Positions 19,047-31,599 of a stretch of 64,000 nt of DNA are shown one piece after another; position 1 is the first letter of the stretch; every line of letters begins with the position of its first letter. The stretch lies in contig CACLEI010000002.1 of NCBI GenBank assembly GCA_902605935.1, positions 2,302-66,301 of the forward strand. Reading direction: 5' to 3'. A program made the translations under genes and the position numbers. Under the pieces are notes generated by a model, which searched no databases, had not been told where the DNA came from, and was given only the letters and a program-made list of their open reading frames with translations. Origin of the DNA: an uncultured SAR86 cluster bacterium. Its GTDB lineage: Bacteria > Pseudomonadota > Gammaproteobacteria > Magnimaribacterales > Magnimaribacteraceae.

Positions 19047-19649
19047 TTAGAAAAAAATGAATCTTCTTCCTAATTTCTTTTTGCAGCTGTTATATTGTAC
19101 TTGATACCTATCGGCTTGTCTTTGGACTTTGTCTGCTACTGATAGAAGCCATGGCTTAGTTCTATAGCTTCCTCTTTTGTATCCACCTCGCCCTTCATGA
19201 TATGCCAAATATAGAGCCCTAGCATTTGTGACTGATATGCCCAATTGCTTATGAGTCTTATAATTGTACCACCCCACAAAATCGACTGAATCTTCAAAAT
19301 CATTCCTACTAACAAACCACCCCCCACGGTCATTTAGGTACATCTCCCAAGTACCATCAATTGCCTGGGCATAGCCTCTAGCACTAGTGACTCTTTTCCA
19401 TGGGATAAAACCTAAAAGCTTCCTTCTTTCTGGTCTTGCGTCAGCCCTGAAGCTTGATTCTTGCTTGATAATAGCCATTGAGACAGAGACTGGAATTTTC
19501 CATCTTTTCTCAGTTTTTTTTGCGGCCTTATACCAGCTGTATCTTTCTTTAAAAATCTTACAAACGTCAGTGGTAGTGCTTGGAGGGCTATTTGATACAC
19601 AGGCATTCAATATTATTAAAATGAAAATACTTATGAATACTTTATACAT
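19047..19649 (-). CDS. Transglycosylase SLT-like lipoprotein
   Basis: Lipobox LNAC; MAIIKQESSF, GYAQA.DGTW, YLAYHEG. Confidence 0.82.
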   Translation of the reverse strand: MYKVFISIFILIILNACVSNSPPSTTTDVCKIFKERYSWYKAAKKTEKRWKIPVSVSMAIIKQESSFRADARPERRKLLGFIPWKRVTSARGYAQAIDGTWEMYLNDRGGWFVSRNDFEDSVDFVGWYNYKTHKQLGISVTNARALYLAYHEGRGGYKRGSYRTKPWLLSVADKVQRQADRYQVQYNSCKKKLGRRFIFF

Positions 19650-22336
<2,687 letters not shown>

Positions 22337-22337
22337 A

Positions 22338-24806
22338 TCAACTTGCAGCCATTTCCACAGCTTGATCCACATCAACTGCTACCATTCTAGAAACACCGGG
22401 CTCTTGCATTGTAACTCCCATAAGATGCTTACTTTTTTCCATAGAAATCTTATTGTGAGTGATGTATACAAACTGGACTCTCTGAGACATTTCCTCAACA
22501 AGGTCGATAAATCTCATGGTATTGAGATCATCTAAAGGCGCATCTACCTCATCAAGAAGACAAAAAGGGGCTGGATTAAGTTCAAAAAAAGCGAAGACAG
22601 TAGCTATAGCAGTGAGTGCTTTCTCACCACCTGATAATTGAGAAACGCTTGCATTCTTTTTTCCTGGTGGTCTTGCAGTAATTCCTATTCCACAGGTGAG
22701 TAAATCGTCTCCCAACATCACCAATTCAGCATGACCTCCCCCAAATAATTTTGGGAAAGAAAGAGATAGACTTTTGTTTAATTTATCAAAAGTATCTTTA
22801 AAAGTGGTACGAGTCTCTTTATCGATTTTAGTTATAGCCCTTTCTAGAGTTTCAAGAGCTTGCATAAGTTCTTTATGTTGCTCATCAAGTAATGTCTTTC
22901 TTTTTAACTCTTGATCATATTCTTCCATTGCTACTAGATTTATTGCACCCAATCTAGAAATCTTTAATTCTATTTGCTCTAATTCAGCAGCATAATTCTC
23001 AACTGTTTTGTCTTCGTTTAAATCTTCTTTTATTTTTGAGAGATTTCCATTTAAACCAACAACCTGTGATTCAATATTTTCTTGTTCAATCTTAGAGGCT
23101 TGTCTGTCTAACCTTAGATTTTCTAACAATTCTCTAAGTTTTATTGCGGCTTGCTCTTTCTCGATCTTTTCTCTTTCTATGTTATGAATAGAGGCATTAC
23201 ATTCTTCAATATCTTTCCTTGATTGTAGTAATTTATCCTCAACCTTGAGTCTATCTGATAAAAGTGAATCTAGCTTATTTTGTATTTCACTGATTGGCTC
23301 TTTCAATTCATTCAACTCTTCTTCAAGTTTAGAATTTTCTTTTTTTAGATCATGCATCTTCCCGTCTAAATGAGATCCTTCAGAATTAAGTGAAGCAAGT
23401 TTTGCCTGTAATTCAGCATACTTATCAGTTTTATCAATTAAGTTTATTCTTTGTTGCTTCGCACCTTCAGATGCATTAATCAAAAAATCTTGCGTCAACT
23501 TAGTTAACTTTACAGGTTCAGATTCTAGGTTACTTATCTCCTTCCTAATAGAATCTACCTTTGCAAATACATCTTCTACTGATTCTTTTTTAAATAACTT
23601 GGATTGAATATTTTCAATAGCAGTAGAAAGATCTACTATTAAGTTTTTAGTTTGAGTTATAAAAAACAGCCAAGAGCCTTCTATTTTCTTGGCCTCAGCT
23701 GTATTAGATTCCTCATCACCCGACTCTTTAAGAAACTCCAATTCCTTTTCTATATTAATAAGTTCTTTCTGAGCAGACGATTTATTTTCCTCAAGATTTT
23801 GTAAATCCTTAGATCGTGCATCAATAAGAATTGAATTAGTGGAAATTTTTTCATTTATTTCATTAACTCTATCTTTTTTAAGAGAAATATCTTGTTCTGT
23901 TCTAGATATATCGGCACCGAAACTATAAAACACTTGTTGAACTTTATCTAATTCAGTCTGTAGCTCAATTTGCTTCGCCCTTAGTTTAATAATCTCGCTA
24001 TCAGATGTATTTTTTTCAGAATTTATCGCTTCGACTTTGAGTTCCTGATTCTTAACTTCCTGTTCTTTTACTATTAATGCTGATGAAACGTCTCTCCATT
24101 TAGAGCCTAAAAGTATTAATTGAGCATGCGTCTCTTCTTTTCTCAGCTCATGATATTTTTCTGCAGCCTTAGCTTGTCTCTGGAGTTTAAATAATAATCT
24201 TGTAATCTCTTCCCTCAAATCATCTAATCTTGATAAATTTTCTTTAGTTCTTTTTATTCTTGATTCGGTTTCTTTTTTTCTCTCAAGGTATCGTGAGATG
24301 CCGGCTACTTCTTCTATGTAGCCTCTCATTTCTTCAGGTTTAGCGCTAACTAATTGCGATATCATCCCTTGTTCGATGATTGCATACGATCTAGGTCCTA
24401 ATCCTGTACCTAAGAAAACATCAGTAATATCTTTTTTTCTGCAGCTTGTTCCGTTTAAATAGTAGTTAGATTGACCATCTAACTCTAAACTTCGCCTTAC
24501 AGAAATTTCACTATAACTTGAGAATTCTCCACCTATACGTCCCTCTTTATTGTCAAAAAATAATTCTACTGAAGCTTTTGAGACTGGTTTCCGTGAAGAT
24601 GAGCCATTGAAAACTACATCAGTCATAGAATCACTTCTTAAATTTTTTGCCGAACTCTCACCTAGGACCCAACGAACGGCATCTATAACATTAGATTTCC
24701 CACAACCATTTGGGCCAACAATACATGACATGCTTGATGGAAAGGTAACAGAAGTTGGATCAACAAAAGATTTGAAGCCGGAAAGCTTTATAGAATTGAG
24801 TCTCAT
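22338..24806 (-). CDS. smc: Chromosome segregation SMC ATPase, short (822 aa), no recognisable hinge
   Basis: GFKSF, GPNGCGKSN, IEQG, LSGGE, LLDEVDAPLD; smc-zipA-ligA synteny. Confidence 0.9.
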   Translation of the reverse strand: MRLNSIKLSGFKSFVDPTSVTFPSSMSCIVGPNGCGKSNVIDAVRWVLGESSAKNLRSDSMTDVVFNGSSSRKPVSKASVELFFDNKEGRIGGEFSSYSEISVRRSLELDGQSNYYLNGTSCRKKDITDVFLGTGLGPRSYAIIEQGMISQLVSAKPEEMRGYIEEVAGISRYLERKKETESRIKRTKENLSRLDDLREEITRLLFKLQRQAKAAEKYHELRKEETHAQLILLGSKWRDVSSALIVKEQEVKNQELKVEAINSEKNTSDSEIIKLRAKQIELQTELDKVQQVFYSFGADISRTEQDISLKKDRVNEINEKISTNSILIDARSKDLQNLEENKSSAQKELINIEKELEFLKESGDEESNTAEAKKIEGSWLFFITQTKNLIVDLSTAIENIQSKLFKKESVEDVFAKVDSIRKEISNLESEPVKLTKLTQDFLINASEGAKQQRINLIDKTDKYAELQAKLASLNSEGSHLDGKMHDLKKENSKLEEELNELKEPISEIQNKLDSLLSDRLKVEDKLLQSRKDIEECNASIHNIEREKIEKEQAAIKLRELLENLRLDRQASKIEQENIESQVVGLNGNLSKIKEDLNEDKTVENYAAELEQIELKISRLGAINLVAMEEYDQELKRKTLLDEQHKELMQALETLERAITKIDKETRTTFKDTFDKLNKSLSLSFPKLFGGGHAELVMLGDDLLTCGIGITARPPGKKNASVSQLSGGEKALTAIATVFAFFELNPAPFCLLDEVDAPLDDLNTMRFIDLVEEMSQRVQFVYITHNKISMEKSKHLMGVTMQEPGVSRMVAVDVDQAVEMAAS

Positions 24807-24916
24807 AATTGTAATTCCTTTAGGGGGTAAGAAACCAATACCTTGAATAAAGGCATGAATGAAACAAAAATAGCTTTCATTTACCCTGAAATTTTAGTCT
24901 ATATAGGCTTAGGAGA

Positions 24917-25582
24917 CTACTGATTTTTTCTTTTTTTTACTGCTTCTATAAGCGATCTTAAATCATCCTTCTCTTTCTCAGAATTCAACAAGGGAATAGC
25001 TTGGTTCCATAATTCAATAGTCAATTGAGGATTACTGTTTTCAAGTTCAGCTAAACCTTTTAGAGTTAAGGCTGAAGGATTATTTGGATTTTTTTTAAGT
25101 GCTTCTTCTAACAAAATATATACAGTGTCACTAAATTTTCTACCAGCACTCATGAACAACACTTGTGCATATTCAGCAACTACTTCTCCGTCCAAATCAT
25201 TACCAAATCTATTATAAATCTCCTTATAAAGATCTCTAGAAAGCATAAACTCATCAATGTTCTTCAACTGGCGTGCAAGAATATATAATTCTCCTGGCTC
25301 AACATCTTTTTTTTTAACAAGCTGAGTAATCAAGTTATTTACTTCTTCTCTTTTATTTTCTTTTTCTAGCTGATCTTCTCCAAGAAATATATCCAATGAT
25401 TGTTTCTGGTAAGCTAATTCTAGAGATCCATCAGAAAGTATATTTTCATAAACTAGCAAAGAAGAAACTGAGACTAATCCAGCAATAATTATTTTGATAT
25501 TAAGTTTAAAAAAATCATCTCTTTCAACTAATAGAGCGTACAAAGGAATAAATATGATTAAAAAGAAATAGATATAGCTCAT
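24917..25582 (-). CDS. ccmI: CcmI/CycH-like TPR protein
   Basis: Two N-terminal TMs, TPR-like EYAQVLF...ALKKNPNNPSALTLKG; last gene of the ccm operon. Confidence 0.75.
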   Translation of the reverse strand: MSYIYFFLIIFIPLYALLVERDDFFKLNIKIIIAGLVSVSSLLVYENILSDGSLELAYQKQSLDIFLGEDQLEKENKREEVNNLITQLVKKKDVEPGELYILARQLKNIDEFMLSRDLYKEIYNRFGNDLDGEVVAEYAQVLFMSAGRKFSDTVYILLEEALKKNPNNPSALTLKGLAELENSNPQLTIELWNQAIPLLNSEKEKDDLRSLIEAVKKRKNQ

Positions 25583-25986
25583 TAAGTTATTCTTTTCCTA
25601 ACAAAAATAATTACTAATACCGATAGGAGTATCAAAATGAATGGACCGAACCATAATGCATATGTAGCTGGTTCAATAGGCGGATTATAGATTATGAAAT
25701 TACCGTATCTATCAACTAGATGATCTTTTATCTGTTTAGAGGATTTGCCTTCTACCACTAATTCATAAACTTCTCGCTTCAAATCATTTGAAATAGGTGA
25801 ATTAGAACCTGCAAGATTTGAACTTTGGCATTTAGGACACCTTAACTCATTTAGAAGAGAATAAAATAATGACTCTTGTACATCACTTGCAAAAGGATAT
25901 GCCTCATTATCAAAATTTACTTTCTCCTCAACACTTATTTGCATAGAACAAATGATAAATAATAAAAAGAAAATGAGTTTATTCAT
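25582..25986 (-). CDS. ccmH: Cytochrome c biogenesis protein CcmH
   Basis: LRCPKCQ, RYGNFIIYNPP, LWFGP. Confidence 0.92.
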   Translation of the reverse strand: MNKLIFFLLFIICSMQISVEEKVNFDNEAYPFASDVQESLFYSLLNELRCPKCQSSNLAGSNSPISNDLKREVYELVVEGKSSKQIKDHLVDRYGNFIIYNPPIEPATYALWFGPFILILLSVLVIIFVRKRIT

Positions 25987-26500
25987 TGAGGTATTTAGAA
26001 AATTTTTCTTCCCACACTTTTTCATCTATTACACCAACATGCCTCTCTCGAATAAGACCATTTTTATCGATAAAGAAAGTTTCAGGTGCACCATACACTC
26101 CTAAATCAATCGCTAGCCGACCTTCAAAATCATATATAGAAAATTCGAATGGATTTCCATCTCTTTCAAGTAAATCAAGAGCTTTTAATTTATTATCTTT
26201 GTAATTTAAGCCGTATATTGTAAGTCTTGATTCCTCTTTTAATTTCATTAAAAAAGGATGCTCAACCCTACACGCTATGCACCACGTAGCCCAAACATTT
26301 ATCAAAGCTGGCAATTTAATTATGTCTTGCTTGGTCAACACCCTAGATTCGTCTGATAATGATCCAAGGTTGAAATCTGGAAAAGAGCTATCTATCAGTG
26401 CTGTTTCTAACTGATCATCTTTGTCGCTTAAAAAAGAGAAAAGTACAATGATTAATGAGGCAAAAACAACTAGAGGTAAAGCATCTATAATTTTTTTCAT
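25979..26500 (-). CDS. ccmG: Thiol:disulfide interchange protein CcmG/DsbE
   Basis: NVWATWCIACRVEHP, GVYGAPETF. Confidence 0.93.
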   Translation of the reverse strand: MKKIIDALPLVVFASLIIVLFSFLSDKDDQLETALIDSSFPDFNLGSLSDESRVLTKQDIIKLPALINVWATWCIACRVEHPFLMKLKEESRLTIYGLNYKDNKLKALDLLERDGNPFEFSIYDFEGRLAIDLGVYGAPETFFIDKNGLIRERHVGVIDEKVWEEKFSKYLNE

Positions 26501-28404
26501 CTTCTTTGAAATTGTTTCACTCCTGCCAAGAAACTGCCAATTGCGATCAAAAGAGCACCAAGCCAAATCCAACGGATAAAAGGTTTAATTTGAATCTTAA
26601 AAGACCAAATATTAGACTGTAAATTATCTCCAATCGATACATATAAATCTTTGAAAAGGTCTGCTTGAATTCCTGCCTCAGTTGTAATCTGGCCTGAGGG
26701 TAAATAAGTTCTTTTCTCAGTAACTATATTAGAAAGTTTGCTTCCATCGTCAAATGAGACGACAGCAGATTTAGATGTATAATTTGGTCCCAATAGATCA
26801 TCTATAGATTGGAAATTAATGGTTTGATCACTAAATTCTGTTGAATCTCCTGGCGATAAGATTATCTCTTTTTCCAGAGAGTAACTTGATACTACCCCTA
26901 CTCCAATAATAAGAATAGCCATTCCTGCATGAGCAAATGTAACGGCTAATCTCTTTCTTAAGAAATTCCAATAACTCAAATTTCTTTTTTTGGTCATTTG
27001 TAGTGTTCCTACCAGGATCCAAGAGGCTAAAAATATTGTTGCAAAAGAACTGAGATATAGATTATCAAAGAGAACGAATAAAATGAGAATAATTAGCGAA
27101 AATATAGATAAAGACTCTATGAGCAGTCTAGGTAAAAAACTAAAAGACGAAGATTGGCCCCAAGAGAGATAAAGGGCAACACCTTGAAGCAATCCTAATG
27201 CAAGCGCAAAAGGAAAAAGTATAATTTCAAAGTAAGGTGCCCCTACCGATATTTGCTTTCCTCCGGTAAATGCTTCGTAGATAAGGGGGAAAATTGTTCC
27301 AAATAAAATTGAGATAGCAAGAACTACAAGTAGCAGGTTATTCAATAAGAAACCAAATTCTTTAGAAGTGAGCTCATATTTATTTTCTTCAACATGTCCA
27401 AAGTCCGTTATTGAGTAGATAAAGAGACTTCCAATTACAAAGAAAGCAAGAATAGCTAAGAGGAATATGCCTCTTTCAGGATCTAAAGCAAAGGCATGCA
27501 CAGAAGTTAATATTCCAGACCTAACCAAAAAAGTACCTAGTAAGCTCGTAGCAAAAGCAAAGATTGAAAGAAGAATAGACCACTTACCAAAAACTCCTCT
27601 ATTTTGACTGGTTATCAGAGAATGGAATAAAGCAACCGATAGAAGCCAAGGCACGAAAGCTGCATTTTCTACAGGATCCCAAAACCACCATCCACCCCAA
27701 CCTAATTCATAGTAAGCCCACCAACTTCCTAACGCTATTCCTAATGTTAAGAAACTGCATGAAAGAAGGGTCCAAGGTCTAGAATAACTTGCCCACTCTC
27801 TAGTATCTTTTTTAAACAAAATTGCAGCTACTGCTATAGCAAAAGGGATCAACAAACCAGAATATCCAAAATAAAGTAAGGGGGGATGCACTGTAAAAGC
27901 AAAATCTTGTAGTGAAGGATTAAGATCAGCTCCATTTAAAGGAGGTATAGGCAGAATTCTCTCAAAAGGATTGGATGTGAAGAGTGTAAATAGTGAAAAA
28001 GCAAAGATAACCTGACAAGAAATAGAAAAAACGGTTGACAAGAAGTCTTTATCTTTAGAATGTGTAAAAAAGATAAAGCCTATTAGCCAGGCATTCATTG
28101 CTAGAATCCATAGAACCAATGATCCTTCATGGGCACCCCATGTTGCAGCTAACTTATAATAAACTGGTAAATTGATATTTGAGTTTTGGGCGACATATGC
28201 GACAGAAAAATCATCTACTAGAAAAGAATAAATTAAAGATAGAAAAGAGATTGTTATCAATATAAAAAGCATAAATGATAGTTTCTTTATTGAAATCTCT
28301 AGAGATCTATAGTTCCCATAAACAGCTAGAAGTGGCAGTGTTCCACCCAATAAACTCAAAATTAAATGGACAATTAAAATTAAATGGCCGAATTCAGGTA
28401 TCAT
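26497..28404 (-). CDS. ccmF: Cytochrome c heme lyase CcmF
   Basis: WAYYELGWGGWWFWDPVEN (WWD domain), SVHAF. Confidence 0.96.
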   Translation of the reverse strand: MIPEFGHLILIVHLILSLLGGTLPLLAVYGNYRSLEISIKKLSFMLFILITISFLSLIYSFLVDDFSVAYVAQNSNINLPVYYKLAATWGAHEGSLVLWILAMNAWLIGFIFFTHSKDKDFLSTVFSISCQVIFAFSLFTLFTSNPFERILPIPPLNGADLNPSLQDFAFTVHPPLLYFGYSGLLIPFAIAVAAILFKKDTREWASYSRPWTLLSCSFLTLGIALGSWWAYYELGWGGWWFWDPVENAAFVPWLLSVALFHSLITSQNRGVFGKWSILLSIFAFATSLLGTFLVRSGILTSVHAFALDPERGIFLLAILAFFVIGSLFIYSITDFGHVEENKYELTSKEFGFLLNNLLLVVLAISILFGTIFPLIYEAFTGGKQISVGAPYFEIILFPFALALGLLQGVALYLSWGQSSSFSFLPRLLIESLSIFSLIILILFVLFDNLYLSSFATIFLASWILVGTLQMTKKRNLSYWNFLRKRLAVTFAHAGMAILIIGVGVVSSYSLEKEIILSPGDSTEFSDQTINFQSIDDLLGPNYTSKSAVVSFDDGSKLSNIVTEKRTYLPSGQITTEAGIQADLFKDLYVSIGDNLQSNIWSFKIQIKPFIRWIWLGALLIAIGSFLAGVKQFQRR

Positions 28405-28826
28405 TCATTTGCCTCAATTAGCTTAGCAACCTCCGGAGGCATGTAATTCTCATCATGCTTAGCGAGAACTTCAATCGCCTTAAAAGTGCCATCAGTTTTC
28501 AAATTTCCTCTTACAACCACTCCAGCATTTTCGTCAAATAAATCAGGCAATATTCCTTCGTAATTTATTATCAACTCATTTTGATAATCTGTGACAGTAA
28601 ATCTGACATTTAAAGAATCTTTACTTTTTTCAATAGAGCCTTGCTTCACCATTCCTCCAGCTCTAATCAAAACATTTTCATCAATATCAACTTCTAATAT
28701 TTCACTAGGTGAATAAAACAAATTCATATTCTCAGATAAAGCTGAAACAACTAGCCAAGTTGCTAGCAGTGATCCTATTAGAACTGCAATCAAAGCATAG
28801 AGTCTCTGTTTTCTTAATGGGTTCAT
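28401..28826 (-). CDS. ccmE: Heme chaperone CcmE
   Basis: LAKHDENYMPPEV. Confidence 0.96.
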   Translation of the reverse strand: MNPLRKQRLYALIAVLIGSLLATWLVVSALSENMNLFYSPSEILEVDIDENVLIRAGGMVKQGSIEKSKDSLNVRFTVTDYQNELIINYEGILPDLFDENAGVVVRGNLKTDGTFKAIEVLAKHDENYMPPEVAKLIEANE

Positions 28827-28975
28827 GAAGATCTAATTAATTTAATAAGTTTTCTTTTCTTCTTAATGGCATAAAGAATGTTTAGACTGAGAACAAGAAT
28901 GAGGAAAACCATACAGAACCATACAAAAAGGCCATTGCCATCCATATAAAGTAAATTATTAAGGTTTTCTAACAT
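28823..28975 (-). CDS. ccmD: Heme exporter protein CcmD (50 aa)
   Basis: MLENLNNLLYMDGNGLFVWFCMVFLILVLSLNILYAIKKKRKLIKLIRSS*: M.G.G.FVW motif, TM, basic tail; sits between ccmC and ccmE with an ATGA overlap. Confidence 0.88.
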   Translation of the reverse strand: MLENLNNLLYMDGNGLFVWFCMVFLILVLSLNILYAIKKKRKLIKLIRSS

Positions 28976-28978
28976 CTC

Positions 28979-29734
28979 TTAGTTTACAAATATTTGCTTG
29001 ACCCAATTCTTTGATCTTTCTCTATCAATGACCTCATTCCTGAGATTTAAAGTTAATGTAAAAGCGAAAATCAAATAAAATCCGATCACGCACAATAAAA
29101 GAGGTTGATACATTTCAGGAGACATTGAGGGAGAAGAAGTCAATGTAAAAGTAGATGGCTGATGAAGTGTTTGCCACCAATCTACTGATTTCTTTATCAC
29201 GGGTATAATCGCCAAACCTACAATCGACAAGATGGAGACTGCCCTATCAGCTTTGGTTTTATCGTCTATTGATGAATAGAGACCTATTAAGGCAGCATAA
29301 ATAAATAGTAATATAAGAGTTGAAGTGAGACGTGCATCCCATACCCACCAAGTTCCCCAGGTTGGTTTGCCCCATACAGAACCTGTTACTAAAGCTATGA
29401 GAGTGAAGCTCATTCCTATAGGTGCAGCAGATTTCAACATCATTCCCGATATCTTTGCTCTCCAGACAACATTAATAAGACCGCAAGCTGCCATAAACAT
29501 AAAAATAGACTGACCAAGTATCGCTGAGGGGACATGAACATATAAAATTCTATAAACATCACCTTGCTTATAGTCAGTAGGAGCAATTAGTAATCCCCAA
29601 AAAAGCCCTAATGTTAGAAAAATTATGGCCAAAATCCCCAACCAAGGAATAATTTTTGAAGACCATCGATAAAATAAAGGAGGCGATCCCATTTCAATAA
29701 ACCACCTTTTGGTGACATTCCAAATCCTAGTCAT
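28979..29734 (-). CDS. ccmC: Heme exporter CcmC
   Basis: YVHVPSA, WGKPTWGTWWVWDARLTS, WWQTLHQ. Confidence 0.96.
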   Translation of the reverse strand: MTRIWNVTKRWFIEMGSPPLFYRWSSKIIPWLGILAIIFLTLGLFWGLLIAPTDYKQGDVYRILYVHVPSAILGQSIFMFMAACGLINVVWRAKISGMMLKSAAPIGMSFTLIALVTGSVWGKPTWGTWWVWDARLTSTLILLFIYAALIGLYSSIDDKTKADRAVSILSIVGLAIIPVIKKSVDWWQTLHQPSTFTLTSSPSMSPEMYQPLLLCVIGFYLIFAFTLTLNLRNEVIDRERSKNWVKQIFVN

Positions 29735-30401
29735 AATTCAACAGTAAAGCTTCTACAGTTAACAAACATAGCATTGGGATACCTATTGCAAGCATGGCAC
29801 CCATCATCATTAGAAAACCTGAATAATCTTGGTTATTGAGCGAAAAAGTTACTACAGAAGTACCCATTAATAATGTTGGTATAGAAAAAGGTAAGACTAT
29901 AATTGCGCTTAGAATAGCCGATTTTCCTAAAGATAAAGCTGCACCTAGAGCACCCAACAAACTCATAAAGGATGTTCCAAGGAGAAGGCTTAAAATCATC
30001 GGAACAAAACTTTCTAATGGAAGATAAAGAATAATTGCTGCAAGAGAAGAAGCAATCAGAATTGGTAGCCCAGTAATTAACCAGTGGACCATTACTTTTG
30101 CAAATACCAAGATAAAGGAAGGTTCTAAAGAAACAAAGAAATCATCTAGAGATCCATCTCTAAAGTCTTCACTAAATATACTCTCTACTGCAAGTAATGA
30201 AGCCAATAAAGCGGCAATCCAAATTACTCCAGGAGCCAAAGAACTTAATAAACTTTCTTGAGGTCCCAGTGCTAAAGGGAAAAAAGTAATTACAATTAAA
30301 AAAAAGACTAATGGAGTTATATATGTGGACGATCTTCTAAAAGCAATAATTAGATCCCTTTTTAAAATAATTCCTAACCAATCCAATACTGAACTCCTCA
30401 T
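29727..30401 (-). CDS. ccmB: Heme exporter permease CcmB
   Basis: FPLALGP, APGVIWIAALLA, EDFRDGSL. Confidence 0.93.
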   Translation of the reverse strand: MRSSVLDWLGIILKRDLIIAFRRSSTYITPLVFFLIVITFFPLALGPQESLLSSLAPGVIWIAALLASLLAVESIFSEDFRDGSLDDFFVSLEPSFILVFAKVMVHWLITGLPILIASSLAAIILYLPLESFVPMILSLLLGTSFMSLLGALGAALSLGKSAILSAIIVLPFSIPTLLMGTSVVTFSLNNQDYSGFLMMMGAMLAIGIPMLCLLTVEALLLNYD

Positions 30402-30402
30402 A

Positions 30403-31002
30403 TCAAATCTCAATAAGGGTTGCGTTAATATTTGAAGATCTGTGCCCTGTAATAACAAATGAACTACCCTTAAGATTAAGTTCGTTAATTATTTCTTTTA
30501 TCAAATCAGAGGCAGGGTCATCTAAAGCGGAAAAAGGTTCGTCAATAAAATAAATTTTAAAGTCTTTAAGTAACCATCTTGCAATTGAAATTCGCTTTTT
30601 TTGTCCTACAGATAGATCTGATGCCATCTCATTTATCTTATAAAGACCCACTCTCTCGAGGCACTTATTTATATCCTCTTCGTTCATCCCTTTTGCGTTA
30701 TGAGTTAACTTCAAGTTTTCAAAAACCGTAAGCATGTTCTTTATACCCATTTGGTGTCCTTGATAGAAACAGTCAAAAGTTCGATATTCATTGAAATTAT
30801 TATCTTCATCCAACCAATTAATAATCCCTTCCTCTTTGTTAATAAGACCTAAAAGCGTTCTTAGTAATGTTGTCTTTCCAGAGCCATTTGAGCCAATAAT
30901 CTCTATATTTTGACCAGGTAGAACTTCAAAGTTTAAATTTTTGAATATAGCCTTTTCTGATCGAACACAAGACAGGTTCTCTACTTTTAAATTAGGAAGC
31001 AT
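30403..31002 (-). CDS. ccmA: Heme ABC exporter ATPase CcmA
   Basis: GSNGSGKTT, LSVGQKKR, IDEPFSALD. Confidence 0.93.
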   Translation of the reverse strand: MLPNLKVENLSCVRSEKAIFKNLNFEVLPGQNIEIIGSNGSGKTTLLRTLLGLINKEEGIINWLDEDNNFNEYRTFDCFYQGHQMGIKNMLTVFENLKLTHNAKGMNEEDINKCLERVGLYKINEMASDLSVGQKKRISIARWLLKDFKIYFIDEPFSALDDPASDLIKEIINELNLKGSSFVITGHRSSNINATLIEI

Positions 31003-31107
31003 TGATATCTCTATTTTAACAAAAAACTGCTTTAAACTGAATTTTAGATGCTATTGGCTTGAGACATTTATGTTCTGTTAAAATGAAACTGCTTTATAGG
31101 AAAAATT

Positions 31108-31581
31108 GTGAATAAAATAAAATTTGCCCAACGATCATCTGTTGAATTTGTAGAAGAAGGGAATATTCTTGCACCTAAATTTAATTCAGAGGACGTTATC
31201 CCTGTTGTTGTTACTGAAACTAAATCAGACTTAGTGTTAATGCTTGGTTATATGAATAAAGAAGCTTTAGATAAAACAATTCTTACCAAAGAAGCACATT
31301 ACTGGAGCAGAAGTCGAAAAGCTTTATGGAAAAAAGGTGAGTCTAGTGGAATGGTCCATAAAATAGATGAAATACTTATAGATGATGATCAAGATTCCGT
31401 CTGGCTAAAAGTCACAATAGAGGGCTTGGGGGCAAGTTGCCATGTTGGTTATAAATCCTGCTTTTATCGTTCAGTCGATTCAATAGAAGAAGATGAAGTT
31501 ATACTCAATTTTACCGAATCGGAGAAAGTATTTGATCCAGAGGAAGTTTATCCTGGTATTGAAAATCCAACCAAGCTTTAG
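31108..31581 (+). CDS. hisI: Phosphoribosyl-AMP cyclohydrolase
   Basis: LMLGYMN, YWSRSR..LWKKGESSG, DDDQD, SCHVGYKSCFYR. Confidence 0.93.
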   Translation: MNKIKFAQRSSVEFVEEGNILAPKFNSEDVIPVVVTETKSDLVLMLGYMNKEALDKTILTKEAHYWSRSRKALWKKGESSGMVHKIDEILIDDDQDSVWLKVTIEGLGASCHVGYKSCFYRSVDSIEEDEVILNFTESEKVFDPEEVYPGIENPTKL

Positions 31582-31599
31582 GTAAATTTCGCTAATAAA

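Noticed and set aside
24917-31002. ccm operon as something unusual
   Set aside because: Canonical System I order and motifs; ccmD was simply below the ORF cutoff.
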